Shown here: positions 49,898 to 61,924 of the stretch, in pieces
Layout of the letters: every line of letters begins with the position of its first letter
Position numbering within the stretch: position 1 is the first letter of the stretch
Assembly: GCF_044704955.1 (NCBI RefSeq)
Contig: NC_091998.1
Location: forward strand, 4,340,001 to 4,404,000
Source: Pristiophorus japonicus
Lineage: Eukaryota
DNA: 64,000 nucleotides
Direction: 5' to 3'
Notes under the pieces: model-generated
Told to the model about the DNA's origin: nothing
The model's input: only the letters and a program-made list of their open reading frames with translations
The model's database searches: none
Made by a program: the position numbers and the translations under genes

Positions 49898-52800
49898 TAT
49901 TGTGTTCCTAACACAGATGAGGCTGCACACAGGGAGGTTAAAGTAACAGTGACCTCAGTCTTTAATAAGACACTCCAGAGTGAGGAACAGGCCTTAGGGG
50001 CCGGCTTATATACAGTGCTCCCAAGGGATGCTGGGATCCCTTGGGACTTCAGGGGATGAGCTCCCTGGTGGCGGAATATGGGAGTGCATGCTTTACAGAT
50101 ACAACATCACTACTACGCCAAAGTCAAAGTGAAAACTATTTACAAGGTGAGGCAGTTGGGAGCCTTTCTTTCCCTGGTGGATCGCCTTGGCACAAATGTC
50201 TGTTCTGGTGTGTTGGCTGTGCCCTCGCTGGGCTGGCGTATTGTTGGCCTTGCAGGGCTGCTAGGTGAGCCTGGCCTTGCTGGGCTTTTGGGCGTGATGG
50301 GTTCGATTTCCTGGTCCGGCGTGGTGTCATTGATCCTTTGGGTGTGTGTTGTGGGCTCGATAAAGGTGGTGTCTGCTGTGGGTTGTTCAGGGCAGTCTGT
50401 GAACTGCAGCCCCGCTTTCTGCAAATTTGTCCAGTGTCTAGTTTGACTACAAACACCCGACTCCCTTCTTTAGCTATCACTGTACCCGCGATCCACTTGG
50501 GACCATGTCCATAGTTTAGCACATACACAGGGTCTGGAGATCAATTTCCCGTGACACAGTGGCGCGACCAAATTTGTTGCTGCCGCTTGCTCTCTACCTG
50601 ATCATGCAGGTTGGGGTGGACCAGCGAGAGTCTGGTTTTAAGTGTCTTTTTCATGAGTAGCTCAGTCGGGGGCACCCCTGTGAGCAAGTGGGGTCTCGTG
50701 CGGTAGCTGAGCAGTACTCGGGATAGGCGGGTTTGGAGTGAGCCTTCTGTGACTCGTTTAAGGCTCTGTTTGATGGTTTGTACTGCCCGCTCTGCCTGCC
50801 CAATGGAGGCTGGTTTAAACGGGGCCGAGATGACATGTTTGATCCCATTGCGGGTCATGAATTCTTTAAATTCGGCACTGGTGAAACATGGCCCGTTGTC
50901 ACTGACCAGTATGACAGACAGGCCGTGGGTGGCAAACATGGCCCTCAGGCTTTCAATGGTGGCGGTGGCGGTGCTTCCCGACATTATTTCACATTCAATC
51001 CATTTTGAAAAAGCATCCACCACCACCAGGAACATTTTACTGAGAAACGGGCCAGCATAGTTGACATGGATCCTCTACCATGGTCTGGAGGGCCAGGACC
51101 ACAAACTTAGTGGTGCCTCTCTGGGCGCGTTGCTCAACTGAGCACATACGCTGCATTGCGGTACACAGGACTCTAAGTCAGAGTCGATACCGGGCCACCA
51201 CACGTGGGATCTGGCTATCGCATTCATCATTACTATACCCGGGTGTGTACTGTGGAGATCCGAGATGAACTTTTTTGGTAGCACTATGCGGTTACCCCAC
51301 AACAGGCAGTCTGCCTGAATGGACAGCTCGTCCTTTCACTGCTGGAACGGCTTGATTGACTCTTGCATTTCAACGAGGATACTGGCCCTGCTCCCATGCA
51401 GTACACAGTTTTTTACTAGGGACAGCAGAGGATCTTGGCTGGTCCAAGTCCTAATCTGGCAGGCAGTGACAGGTAATTTATCATTTTCAAACGCTTCCAT
51501 GGCCATCACAAGTCTGCGGGCTGTGCCACCATCAACAAGTTTGCAGGCTGCGCCATTTCCACCCCCGTGGTGGGCAACGGTAGCCGACTGAGAGCATCCG
51601 CACAGTTCTCGGTGCTGGCCTATGGCGGATGGTATAGTTATATGCTGATAGCGCGAGTGCCCAACTTTGTATGCGGGCTGCGGCATTAGTATTTATCCCC
51701 TTGTTTTCAGCGAACAGGGGTGTGAGGGGCTTATGATCGGTTTCCAGCTCAAATTTGAGGCCAAACAGGTACTGATGCATTTTCTTTACCCCGAACACAC
51801 ACGCTAATGCTTCTTTCTCAATCATGCTGTAGGCTCTCTCGGCCTTAGACAAGCTCCTGGAAGCATAGGCAAAAACGAAGGGCGGTAAGAGAAGGGATAA
51901 CCAGCCGTGGATAACCAAGGAAATAAAAGAGAGTATCAAATTAAAAACCAATGCGTATAAGGTGGCCAAGGTTAGTGGGAAACTAGAAGATTGGGAAAAT
52001 TTTAAACGACAGCAAAGAATGACTAAGAAAGCAATAAAGAAAAGAAAGATAGATTACGAAAGTAAACTTGCGCAAAACATAAAAAGATAGTAAAAGCTTT
52101 TACCCTTATATAAAATGGAAAAGAGTGACTAAAGTAAATGTTGGTCCCTTAGAAGATGAGAAGGGGGATTTAATAATGGGAAATGTGGAAATGGCTGAGA
52201 CCTTAAACAAATTATTTTGCTTCGGTCTTCACAGTGGAAGACACAAATACCATGCCAAAAATTGCTGGTCACGGGAATGTAGGAAGGGAGGACCTTGAGA
52301 CAATCACTATCACTAGGGAGGTAGTGCTGGACAGGCTACAGGATCTCAAGGTAGACAAGTCCCCTGGTCCTGATGAAATGCATCCCAGGGTATTAAAAGA
52401 GATGGCAGAAGTTATAGCAGATGCATTCATTATAATCAACTAAAATTCTCTGGACTCTGGGGAGGTACCATTGAATTGGAAAGCAGCTAATGTAACGCCT
52501 CTGTTTAAAAAAGGGGGCAGACAAAAGGCAGGTAACTATAGGCCGGTTAGTTTAACATCTGTAGTGGGGAAAATGCTTGAAGCTATCATTAAGGAAGAAA
52601 TAGCGGGACATCTCGATAGGAATAGTGCAATCAAGCAGACGCAACATGAATTCATGAAGGGGAAATCATGTTTAACTAATTTACTGGAATTCTTTGATGA
52701 TATAACGAGCATGGTGGATAGAGGTGTACCGATGGATGTGGTGTATTTAGATTTCCAAAAGGCATTCGATAAGGTGCCACACAAAAGGTTACTGCAGAAG

Positions 52801-55800
52801 ATAAAGGTACGCGGAGTCAGAGGAAATGCATTAGCATGGATAGAGAATTGGCTGGCTAACAGAAAGCAGAGAGTCGGGATAAATGGGTCCTTTTCGGGTT
52901 GGAAATTGGTGGTTAGTGGTGTGCCACAGGGATCGGTGCTGGGACCACAACTGTTTACAATATACATAGATGACCTGGAAGAGGGGACAGAGTGTAGTGT
53001 AACAAAATTTGCAGATGACACAAAGATTAGTGGGAAAGCGGGTTGTGTAGAGGACACAGAGAGGCTGCAAAGAGATTTAGATAGGTTAAGCGAATGGGCT
53101 AAGGTTTGGCAGATGGAATACAGTGTCAGAAAATGTGAGGTCATCCACATTGGAAAAAAAAACAGTGAAAGGGAATATTATTTGAATGGGGAGAAATTAC
53201 AACATGCTGCGGTGCAGAGGGACCTGGGGGTCCTTGTGCATGAATCCCCAAAAGTTAGTTTGCAGGTGCAGCAGGTAATCAGGAAGGCGAATGGAATGTT
53301 GGCCTTCATTGCGAGAGGGATGGAGTACAAAAGCAGGGAGGTCCTGCTGCAACTGTACAGGGTATTGGTGAGGCCGCACCTGGAGTACTGCGTGCAGTTT
53401 TGGTTACCTTACTTAAGGAAGGATATACTAGCTTTGGAGGGGGTACAGAGACGATTCACTAGGCTGATTCCAGAGATGAGGGGGTTACCTTATGATGATA
53501 GATTGAATAGACTGGGTCTTTACACGTTGGAGTTCAGAAGGATGAGGGGTGATCTTATAGAAAACATTTAAAATAATGAAAGAGATAGACAGGATGTTTC
53601 CACTGGTCAGGGAGACTAGAACAGCCTCATAATGCGGGGGAGCCAATTTAAAACCGAGTTGAGAAGGAATTTCTTCTCCCAGAGGGTTGTGAATCTGTGG
53701 AATTCTCTGCCCAAGGAAGCAGTTGAGGCTAGCTCATTGAATATATTCAAATCATAGACAGATAGATTTTTAACCAATAAGGGAATTAAGGGTTATGGGG
53801 AGCGGGCGGGTAAGTGGAGCTGAGTCCACGGCCAGATCAGCCATGATCTTGTTGAATGGCGGAGCAGGCTCAAGGGGCAAGATGGCCCACTCCTGTTCCT
53901 AATTCTTATGTTCTTATGTTGCAACTTCCGCGCAACGTTAGCTTGTTGTAATACACACCAGACTCCGTACGACGACACGTTATATGCTAGCACAAGTCTT
54001 TTACACAAGTTATACAATACAAGCAGCTTGTTGGAGCATAAAATGTTTCTGGCTTTCTCAAAAGCAATTACTTGTTTTTTTGCCGATACCCAGTTCTCAC
54101 CTTTGCGCAATAACACATGTAAGGGTTCTAAAAGGGTGCTTAACCCCGATGGGAAGTTATTCAAATAGTTGAGGAATCCCAGGAACGACCTCAGCTCCAT
54201 GACGTTCTGTGGCCTGGGGGCGTTCCTGATAGCCTCTGCCTTGGCGTCTGTGGGCCGAATGTCATCCGCCGCGATCTTTCTCCCCAAAAACTCCACTTCT
54301 GTTGCCATGAAGACGCATTTCGACCTCTTCAGCCGCAGTCCTACGCGATCCAATCGCTGGAAGACCTCCTCCAGGTTTTGTAGGTGCTCGACGGTGTCCT
54401 GACCCGTGACCAATATGTCATCCTGAAAGACCACGGTGTGTGGTACCGACTTGAGTAGGCTCTCCATGTTTCTCTGGAAGATCGCTGCAGCCCACCGATT
54501 TCTAAACGGGCATCTGTTGTAGTTGAACAGTCCCTTGTGCGTGTTGATGCAGGTGAGGCCCTTCGAAGACTCCTCCAGCTCCTGCGTCATGTAGGTCGAA
54601 GTCAGGTCGAGCTTGGTGAACATCTTGCCTCCTGCCAGCGTTGCAAATAGGTCATCTGCCTTAGGTAGTGGGTATTGGTCCTGTAGTGAGAAACGATTAA
54701 TAGTTACTTTATAATCGCCACAAATCCTGACCGTACCATCACTTTTGAGTACTGGAACAATCGGGCTGGCCCACTCGCTGAATTCCACTGGGGAGATGAT
54801 GCCCTCGCGTTGCAGCCTGTCCAGCTTGATTTCCACTCTCTCCCTTATCATGAGAGATACCGCTCGCGCCTTGTGGTGAATGGGTCGTGCCTCTGGGACC
54901 ATATGGATCCACACATTCGCGCCGGAAAAGTTTCCAATGCCTGGCTCAAAAAGGGAAGGAAATTTGTTCAGAACCTGGGTACATGAGGCCTCATCGACAT
55001 GTGATAGCACTCGGATGTCATCCCAGTTCCAGACAGCTCCTTCCAAGCAGTGTGGGGCCATCACCCGGGACAATCCAGAGTGGCAGTTCGTGCACCGTGC
55101 CCTCATAGGTGACATTGACCATGGCGCTGCCCATGACAGTGATAAGCTCTTTGGTGTATGTTCTCAGTTTCGTGTGGATGGGGCTCAGGGCTGGTCTGAG
55201 TGCCTTGTTGCACCACAGACTCTCAAACATCTTTTTACTCATGATGGATTGGCTAGTGCCAGTGTCCAGTTCCATGGCCATGGGTAAGCCATTCAGTTGT
55301 ACGTTTAGCATTATAGGTGGACATTTTGTCGAAAATGTGTTCACCCCATGTACTTCAGCATCTGCCTCCTCTCTCTGAGGCTCATAATTACTTTGATCCA
55401 CCATGGACTAATCTTCCTCTGCCACGTTGCGGTTAGCAGGTTTTGCAGAGCTTGCAGCTTGTTTGCAAGCTCAATGGTGGTGCCCCATTGTTCCACAGCT
55501 CTTGCAAACATATCCTTTGAAGCGGCATGATTAGGCTGAATGGAAGCCTCCACAACTCCAACAAGGTGTGAATTGCCTTGCATTCATCCTTTGTTGAGCA
55601 CTCTGAGTCATCTGGGTCACCTGAGGCCTGCTGGCAGTTGCAGACTCATGGGTTCTGCCCTCTACATTTCTGCTCGCAAACACAGTTCCAGTTAATTTAT
55701 GAACATTGCTAGCACTTGTGTGCTGAGAGATTTGTTTGGTGTTATCACTGGTGTACATAAACACATGTGCTATCGCAATGGCCTTACTGAGGGTCGGTGT

Positions 55801-56503
55801 CTCTACAGTCAAAAGTTTCCGTAAGGATAGTGTCGTGGCCAATGCCCAGTACAAAAAAGTCTCTGAGCATTTGCTCCAGGTAGCCATCAAACTCACAATG
55901 TCCTGCAAGTCGCCTTAGCTCAGTGACGTAGCTCGCCACTTCCTGACCTTCAGATCGCTGGCACGTGTAGAACCGATACTTCACCATCAGCACGCTCTCC
56001 CTCGGGTTAAGATGCTCCCGAACCATTGTACACAGCTCCTGATAAGACTTATCTGTGGGTTTCACCAGAGCCAGAAGATTCTTCATGAGGCTGCAGGTCG
56101 GTGCCCCGCAGACTGTGAGGAGGACCGCTCTCCTTTTTGCAGCGCTTCCTTCTCCGTCCAGCTTGTTGGCTACAAAGTACTGGTCTAGCCGTTCGACATA
56201 GGCTTCCCAGTCCTCACCCTCCGAGAACTTCTCCAGTATGCCCATAGTTGTTTGCTGCATCCTTGCGTTGGATTCGTATTCTCGTCACCAGTTATTGTGT
56301 TCCTAACACAGATGAGGCTGCACACAGGGAGGTTAAAGTAACAGTGACCTCAGTCTTTAATAAGACACCCCAGAGTGAGGAACAGGCCTTAGGGGCCGGC
56401 TTATATACAGTGCTCCCAAGGGATGTTGTGATCCCTTGGGACTTCAGGGGATGAGGTCCCTGGTGGCGGAACATGGGAGTGCTTGCTTTACAGATACACA
56501 ACA
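49898..56503 (-). mobile_element. Nested Gypsy element B inserted in the integrase zinc-finger region of A
   Basis: LTRs at 49898-50106 and 56293-56503, perfect GCCTT TSD and PBS TGGTGACGAG. gag starts at 56260, followed by LDTG protease, VFQDDIL RT (ORF 53793..55115) and integrase (50541..51035). Confidence 0.94.
51871..53920 (+). mobile_element. CR1 insertion in the RNase H region of element B, with a 366-codon open RT stretch (52471..53571)
   Basis: Motifs [33 protein letters not shown] and KFADDTK, and a (TTCTTATG)2 tail. It splits the host KLQ|AYASRSL with loss of a few bases and no TSD. Confidence 0.94.
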
Positions 56504-58143
56504 GCCTTCATCATCACTATACCAGGATGTGTGATGTGTAACTCACGCACAAACTTCTGACTCCCTTTCTTAGGCATTACAACTAGATTGCCCCACCATA
56601 TGCAATCTGCTTGAATAGACAGTTCGTCCTTGCGATGAATGTATGGTTTGGCCTCCTCGCACATTTGCTTAGGTATGGCAGACCAATCCCCTTTGAGGAT
56701 GCAACCCTTTATCACTGATAATATCGGGTCCTGGCTGGTCCAGGTCTTAACTTGTTGAACCATGACAGGGGTACCTTCACTCTCAAAAGCATCCATGATT
56801 AACATTAAATCTGCTGGTTGTGGCGTTTCCACCTCCGGTGTGGGCAACGGCAACTGGCTCAAAGCATCGACACAATTCTCTGTGCCAGGTCTGTGGTGAA
56901 TGACATAATCACAGGCAGATAATGTCAGCGCCCACCTTTGGATGCAGGATGAAGCGTTGGTATTGATACCTTTGCTCTCGGAAAACAATGAAATGAGTGG
57001 CTTTTGATCGGTCTCTAATTCAAACCTCAGACCGAACAGGTATTGCTGCATCTTTTTAACAGCATTCACACACGCTAAAGCTTCTTTTTCTACCATACTG
57101 TAGGCTCTTTCTGCTTTTGACAAACTTTTGGATACATACATGACAGGTTGAAGTTTTCCCGACTCATTGGCTTTTTGTAACACGCGACCAATTCCATATG
57201 ATGATGCGTCACAGGCCAAAACTAAACATTTACGTGGGTCATCATGTACCAGCAGCTTGTTCGAGCAAAGCAGATTGGTGGCTTTCTTGAAAACTCTGTC
57301 TTGCAATGCGCCCCACACCCAGTTGTTGCCTTTTCTCAATAGCATGTGCAGGTGCTCAATTTAGGTAGGAAGTTATCAATGTAGTTGAGTAGACCCAGGA
57401 ACGAACACAGCTCCGTTGCGTTTTGCGGCTTGGGTGCATTCTTGATGGCTTTGGTTTTCATGTCAGTAGGTCTGATGCCATCAGCGGCGATTTTCCTCCC
57501 GAGGAATTCGACCTCCGGTGCCATGAAGATGCACTTCGATCGTTTAAGTCTGAGTCCCACTCTGTTCAAACGCAGTAGAACCTCTTCCAGGTTGTTCAGA
57601 TGTTCCTTGGAGTCACAACCGGTGATCAGGATGTTATCTTGGAACACGACAGTTCTGGGAACGGACTTCAGTAGACTTTCCATATTCCTCCAGAATATTG
57701 CTGCAGCCGAGCGAATTCCAAACGGGCACCTGTAGTAAATAAACAGCCCTTTGTGCGTGTTAATGCACGTAAGTCTCTTCGACGCCTCGACCAACTCCTG
57801 TGTCATATAGGCCGACGTCAAGTCCAGATTTGTGAACGACTTCCCTCCGGCTAATGTCGGAAACAAGTCATCAGCCTTCGGTAACGGGTACTGATCTTGT
57901 TTCAAAACCCTGTTGATTGTAGCCTTGTAGTCTCCACAGATTCTGACTGTGCCATCACTTTTCAGCACAGGAACAATGGGGTTGGCCCATTCATTAAATT
58001 CGACCGGTGATATGATCCCTTCACACTGGAGCCTGTCTAATTCAATTTCAACCTTCTCCCTCATCATATACAGCACTGCCCGTGCTTTATGATGAACAGG
58101 TCTTGCACCTGAGTCCACGTGGATCTGCACCTTGGCTCCCGTG

Positions 58144-61100
58144 TGTTATGTCTTCAGATGCTCTAATAATGACTCCACGAGGCAACGTGTTGTGCTTGAA
58201 CTGTAGTGACCTTAGTCCATTTAATGTAACTCCAGAGTGAGGATCACACCCGGTGGCCTGCCTTTTATAATAGGCCTGGCACACCTGTATGGGTAACCTA
58301 CAAGTCTCCCACTGCAGTGCTCTCTGGTGGCACACCTTGTAATAGTACAAGCAGTAACCATATAGGATACATGACATCACTCTCCCCCAAGTCTTGGGTG
58401 CAAATCACCTTTGCATTGACTGTGCTTTGGGTTAGACTGGTTGACCCTTGGACGGTCGTTTCTATCTTGGGTGAGTAGGTGGTGTTTCGTTGGCAGTAGA
58501 GTTGCTGGTGGTTTCTGTTTGTGCGGCCATGACCACTCCATTCTCTCCCCCCACCGCCCCCCCCCCCCCCACGTTGGCTCATTACATTCAAAAAAACATT
58601 TGCATTTACAGTATTGCATTTGTGGTACCGTGGTGAGGCAAGTACATTTTAATGGTGAGGTACATGCTTGGAATATACTTGGAGTCAGTGCTGGGGACAG
58701 CACCGGTGCATGAGGACAAACTAGTTCCAGAACTGCTGGATGGTGTCCAGGTAGTCTGGTGGTGGTACAGTACCCAGTGCTGGCAGTGGGAGCCCCGGTT
58801 GGCTCAAGTTGCCTGCTCTCGGGGCTTTTACCGTTGCTTCTAGCGTTGGGCAGGTTCACAGATGCCTGTGACCTCCCTGTCCTCTCCTTGCACCCTGGGT
58901 CACTACTGCTCCCTGAGGGGCAGTCATCCAGCAGTGCACAGGGAACTGCTGACTCGCTAGGCTGGGTGTTGTTAGGTTTGGGATCCTGGCTGGTCCCAAT
59001 CCCAATTGGGAGAACTGTTGCGGGTGACCCTTCATTCCCGGGTGTAGCCTTGGTGGCGATAGGGTCTAGGGGCTGTGCCTTAGCGCGGTTTGCTCTTTCA
59101 GGCTTGTGGCGGTTGGTGCCATCGGGTGCCTGAGAGGTGGAGCTGATCGGAGGCAGGGTATCGATACCGTGGCCATTGCCCTCCTGAGATCGCTTGCTCT
59201 GCAGCTTGTATATATTAGCTGCTTGTGGCCACACTCCGTGGTGCATCACTCTGGTCTCAGGGACACAGGCTACAGCATTGGGTAACTCGCTGGACCTGTG
59301 TGCTCCCGATGGGTGTTTGCCTGCTGCATTGACTGTATGTAGTTGAAATCCTACATCACACAATATTTCATTACTTATTGTAAATAACCTGTAGCTCCGA
59401 TCGCCATCGTGCGACTTTTCCTTGCTTCTTGCATGTACACAACTCAGATCATCAATTACACATTTTGCGTCTAACTCACAGTTGCTGTTACATTGTTTGA
59501 GAGTGTGGAACTGTCCTTTTAAGTGTGGTGATGTGGGCCTCCTTTAAGAGAGCCTTGCTATCTTTACCCCAATCCTCTTCTTCGCTTGATGTCACGTGTT
59601 GCTCCATCAGCATTGCACGTCGTTGTCCGGCGGCCGACATCTTTTTCTTCAGTGCCTCACTTCGTGGTTTGGGCACCATCTTTCTTCCCTCCACAATGTC
59701 GACTGCTGTGCCTCTGTCTCTGAGCGCGGGGGATGTCGATCGCTGGAGGGATGAAATCTTCCCAGCTCCAATGGATCTTCTCCATCCACTTTCTTCCGAG
59801 TAGCGTGGGTCCATCACCTGCAACAGTCCATAGTGGTAACTTGTGCATCGCGCCATCATGGAGTACCTTAACATTCACACTACCAACAACTGGGATAAGT
59901 TCATTGGTGTAGCTGCGCAGCTTTGCCTGAACCGGGACCAACTTGGTTCGTTCAGCCTGATTGTCCCATAGCCTCTCAAAAGGCTTCTTGATACATTACT
60001 GACTGGCTCGCCCCCGTGTCCACTTCCATGAAGACTAGAATGCCGTTTATCTCGAGTTCCATCCTCAATGGGGAACATTCTGTGGTGCAGGTAAACATAC
60101 CATATACCTCATCGTGGGGCTGAGCTGCCTCTCTGACTACCTCTTCATAATCTACGCTGGATTCATGGCCCTCTGCAGACTCTTCATCAACACAGTGAGT
60201 CATATTTCTTTTACACATTCACTGGAGGTGGACCTTTGTGTTGCAGCCTTTACACACATAGTCTTTAAAACGGCCCTGGTGAGCCCTATGATTCCCTGCG
60301 CATCGCCAGCATGGAGCTACTCGGTTCGCCCCCCTCGGCGGACTCTGAGTTAAGGGACTCGGGGGCCTGTTCCCTCTCCCCTGTGAAGATTCACGTTCTA
60401 CAGTCCAGCCTCTAAAAGGCGCCACGGTGTTCACACTTGCTGGGTTTGAGTCCTGAGGATGAGTCATCTGCCTGGAGCCGCAGGTCGAGGTCATGAATGA
60501 TTAGCTCAGGGAGATGGCCTTCTGCAGTGTGACTGTGGTATCCGCAGATAGTAGCTTATGAAGAAGGCCCTCATGGTCGATTTCGATGACAAAGATATCC
60601 CGCAGCGCTTCATGAGGTGGTCGCCAAAATCACACTGTGCCGCCAGTCTCCTGATGTCTGCAGCTTATTTTGCGATTTCCTGGCCTTCGGGCCATCGATG
60701 TGTATAAAACCGAAGTCTGGCTGTGAGGATGCTCTCTTTGGGCTTGAATTGTTCTTGGATCAGCGTTTTAAGCTCCTTGTACGTCTTGGTTGTTGTCTTC
60801 GCTGGTGCCAGCAAGTCCCTGACGAGGCCATAGACGATTGGCCCACAACTGGTTAGCAGGATAGCTCTGCGCTTATCAGCCAGTGTGGATTGTCGCCTGC
60901 CAGGTCGTTTGCTGTTGAGAAATGGTTGAGCCACTCCACAAAGGTTTCCCAATCATCACATCGGCGAACTGCTGCAATGTACCAAAGTTAGCCATTTTCG
61001 CGAGAAGGTCCGTAATCTCGTCGTCAATCGTTATGTCTTCAGATGCTCTGATAATGACTCCACGAGACAATGTGTTGTGCTTGAACTGTAGTGACCTTAG

Positions 61101-61257
61101 TCCATTTAATGTAACTCCAGAGTGAGATCACACCTGGTAGCCTGCCTTTTATACTAGGCCTGGCACACCTCTACAGGTAACCGACAAGTCTCCCAGAACA
61201 GTGCCCTCTGGTGGCACACCTTGCAGTACAAGCAGTAAGCATGTAGGATACATGACA
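58144..61257 (-). mobile_element. Nested element C: 3.1-kb non-autonomous LTR element encoding only gag and protease
   Basis: LTRs at 58144-58376 and 61029-61257, TSD CCGTG/CCATG, PBS TGACGACGAG and PPT GGGGGAGAGTGA. gag starts at 60995, with CWRCAGNH and EVDTGASQS motifs. No RT, RNase H or integrase motifs were seen in 58390-59750. Confidence 0.88.
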
Positions 61258-61809
61258 CCATGAAGTTGCCGATACCCAGTTCGAACAGCGAGAGGAACTT
61301 GCTCAATACTTGGGCACATGTATCTTCCTCCGATGACAATGCCTTTATGTCGTTCCAGTCGCATCTGATTTTCTCCAACCAGCTCCTGCCGAGCAGCGTT
61401 GGGCCATTGCCTGGAACAATCCACAGCAGTAACTCGTGAACCGCACCGTTATACGACACATTAATATTTGCACTGCCAATCACCTTTAGCAGTTTTTTGG
61501 TGTACGTGCGCAGCTTGGCATTAACAGGGTTCAGCCTGGGCCTCACAGTCTTAGTATCCCACAGCTTATTAAATGTACTCTTGTTCATGATCGATTGACT
61601 CGCCCCTGTGTCCAGTTCCATCGCTACCAATATCCCGTTAAACTTCACATCAATCAAAATTGGTTTACTCTTGGTTATGTAAAGAGTATAGTCCATACAC
61701 TTCCTCCTCTGGCATCTCGGATTGCGTATCCGATGATTTCCCCCACAATGTCAACACGGAGAAGTCTGATACGTTCCCGCTGGCGGACTTTGGGCAGCCA
61801 CACACAGGT

Positions 61810-61924
61810 TTCGCGAACGCAGCCGGATAGGTCCTGCCACGTGCTGCTCTGCCGAACACCAAATCATTCGCGAACGCAGCCGGATAGGTCCTGCCATGTG
61901 CTGCTCTGCCGAACGCCAAATCAA
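61810..61924. repeat. 57-bp tandem duplication within gag of element A
   Basis: TCGCGAACGCAGCCGGATAGGTCCTGCCA(C/T)GTGCTGCTCTGCCGAAC(A/G)CCAAATCA occurs twice and is in frame (FGRAAHGRTYPAAFA / FGRAARGRTYPAAFA). Confidence 0.85.

Noticed and set aside
52471-53571. Functional stand-alone reverse transcriptase gene (retron- or DGR-like)
   Set aside because: It is an ordinary CR1 ORF2 segment, 5'-truncated, with an upstream stop and a downstream frameshift.
58377-59363. env gene in element C
   Set aside because: No signal peptide, furin site or transmembrane segment is visible and the composition is low-complexity. It is kept only as unexplained cargo.
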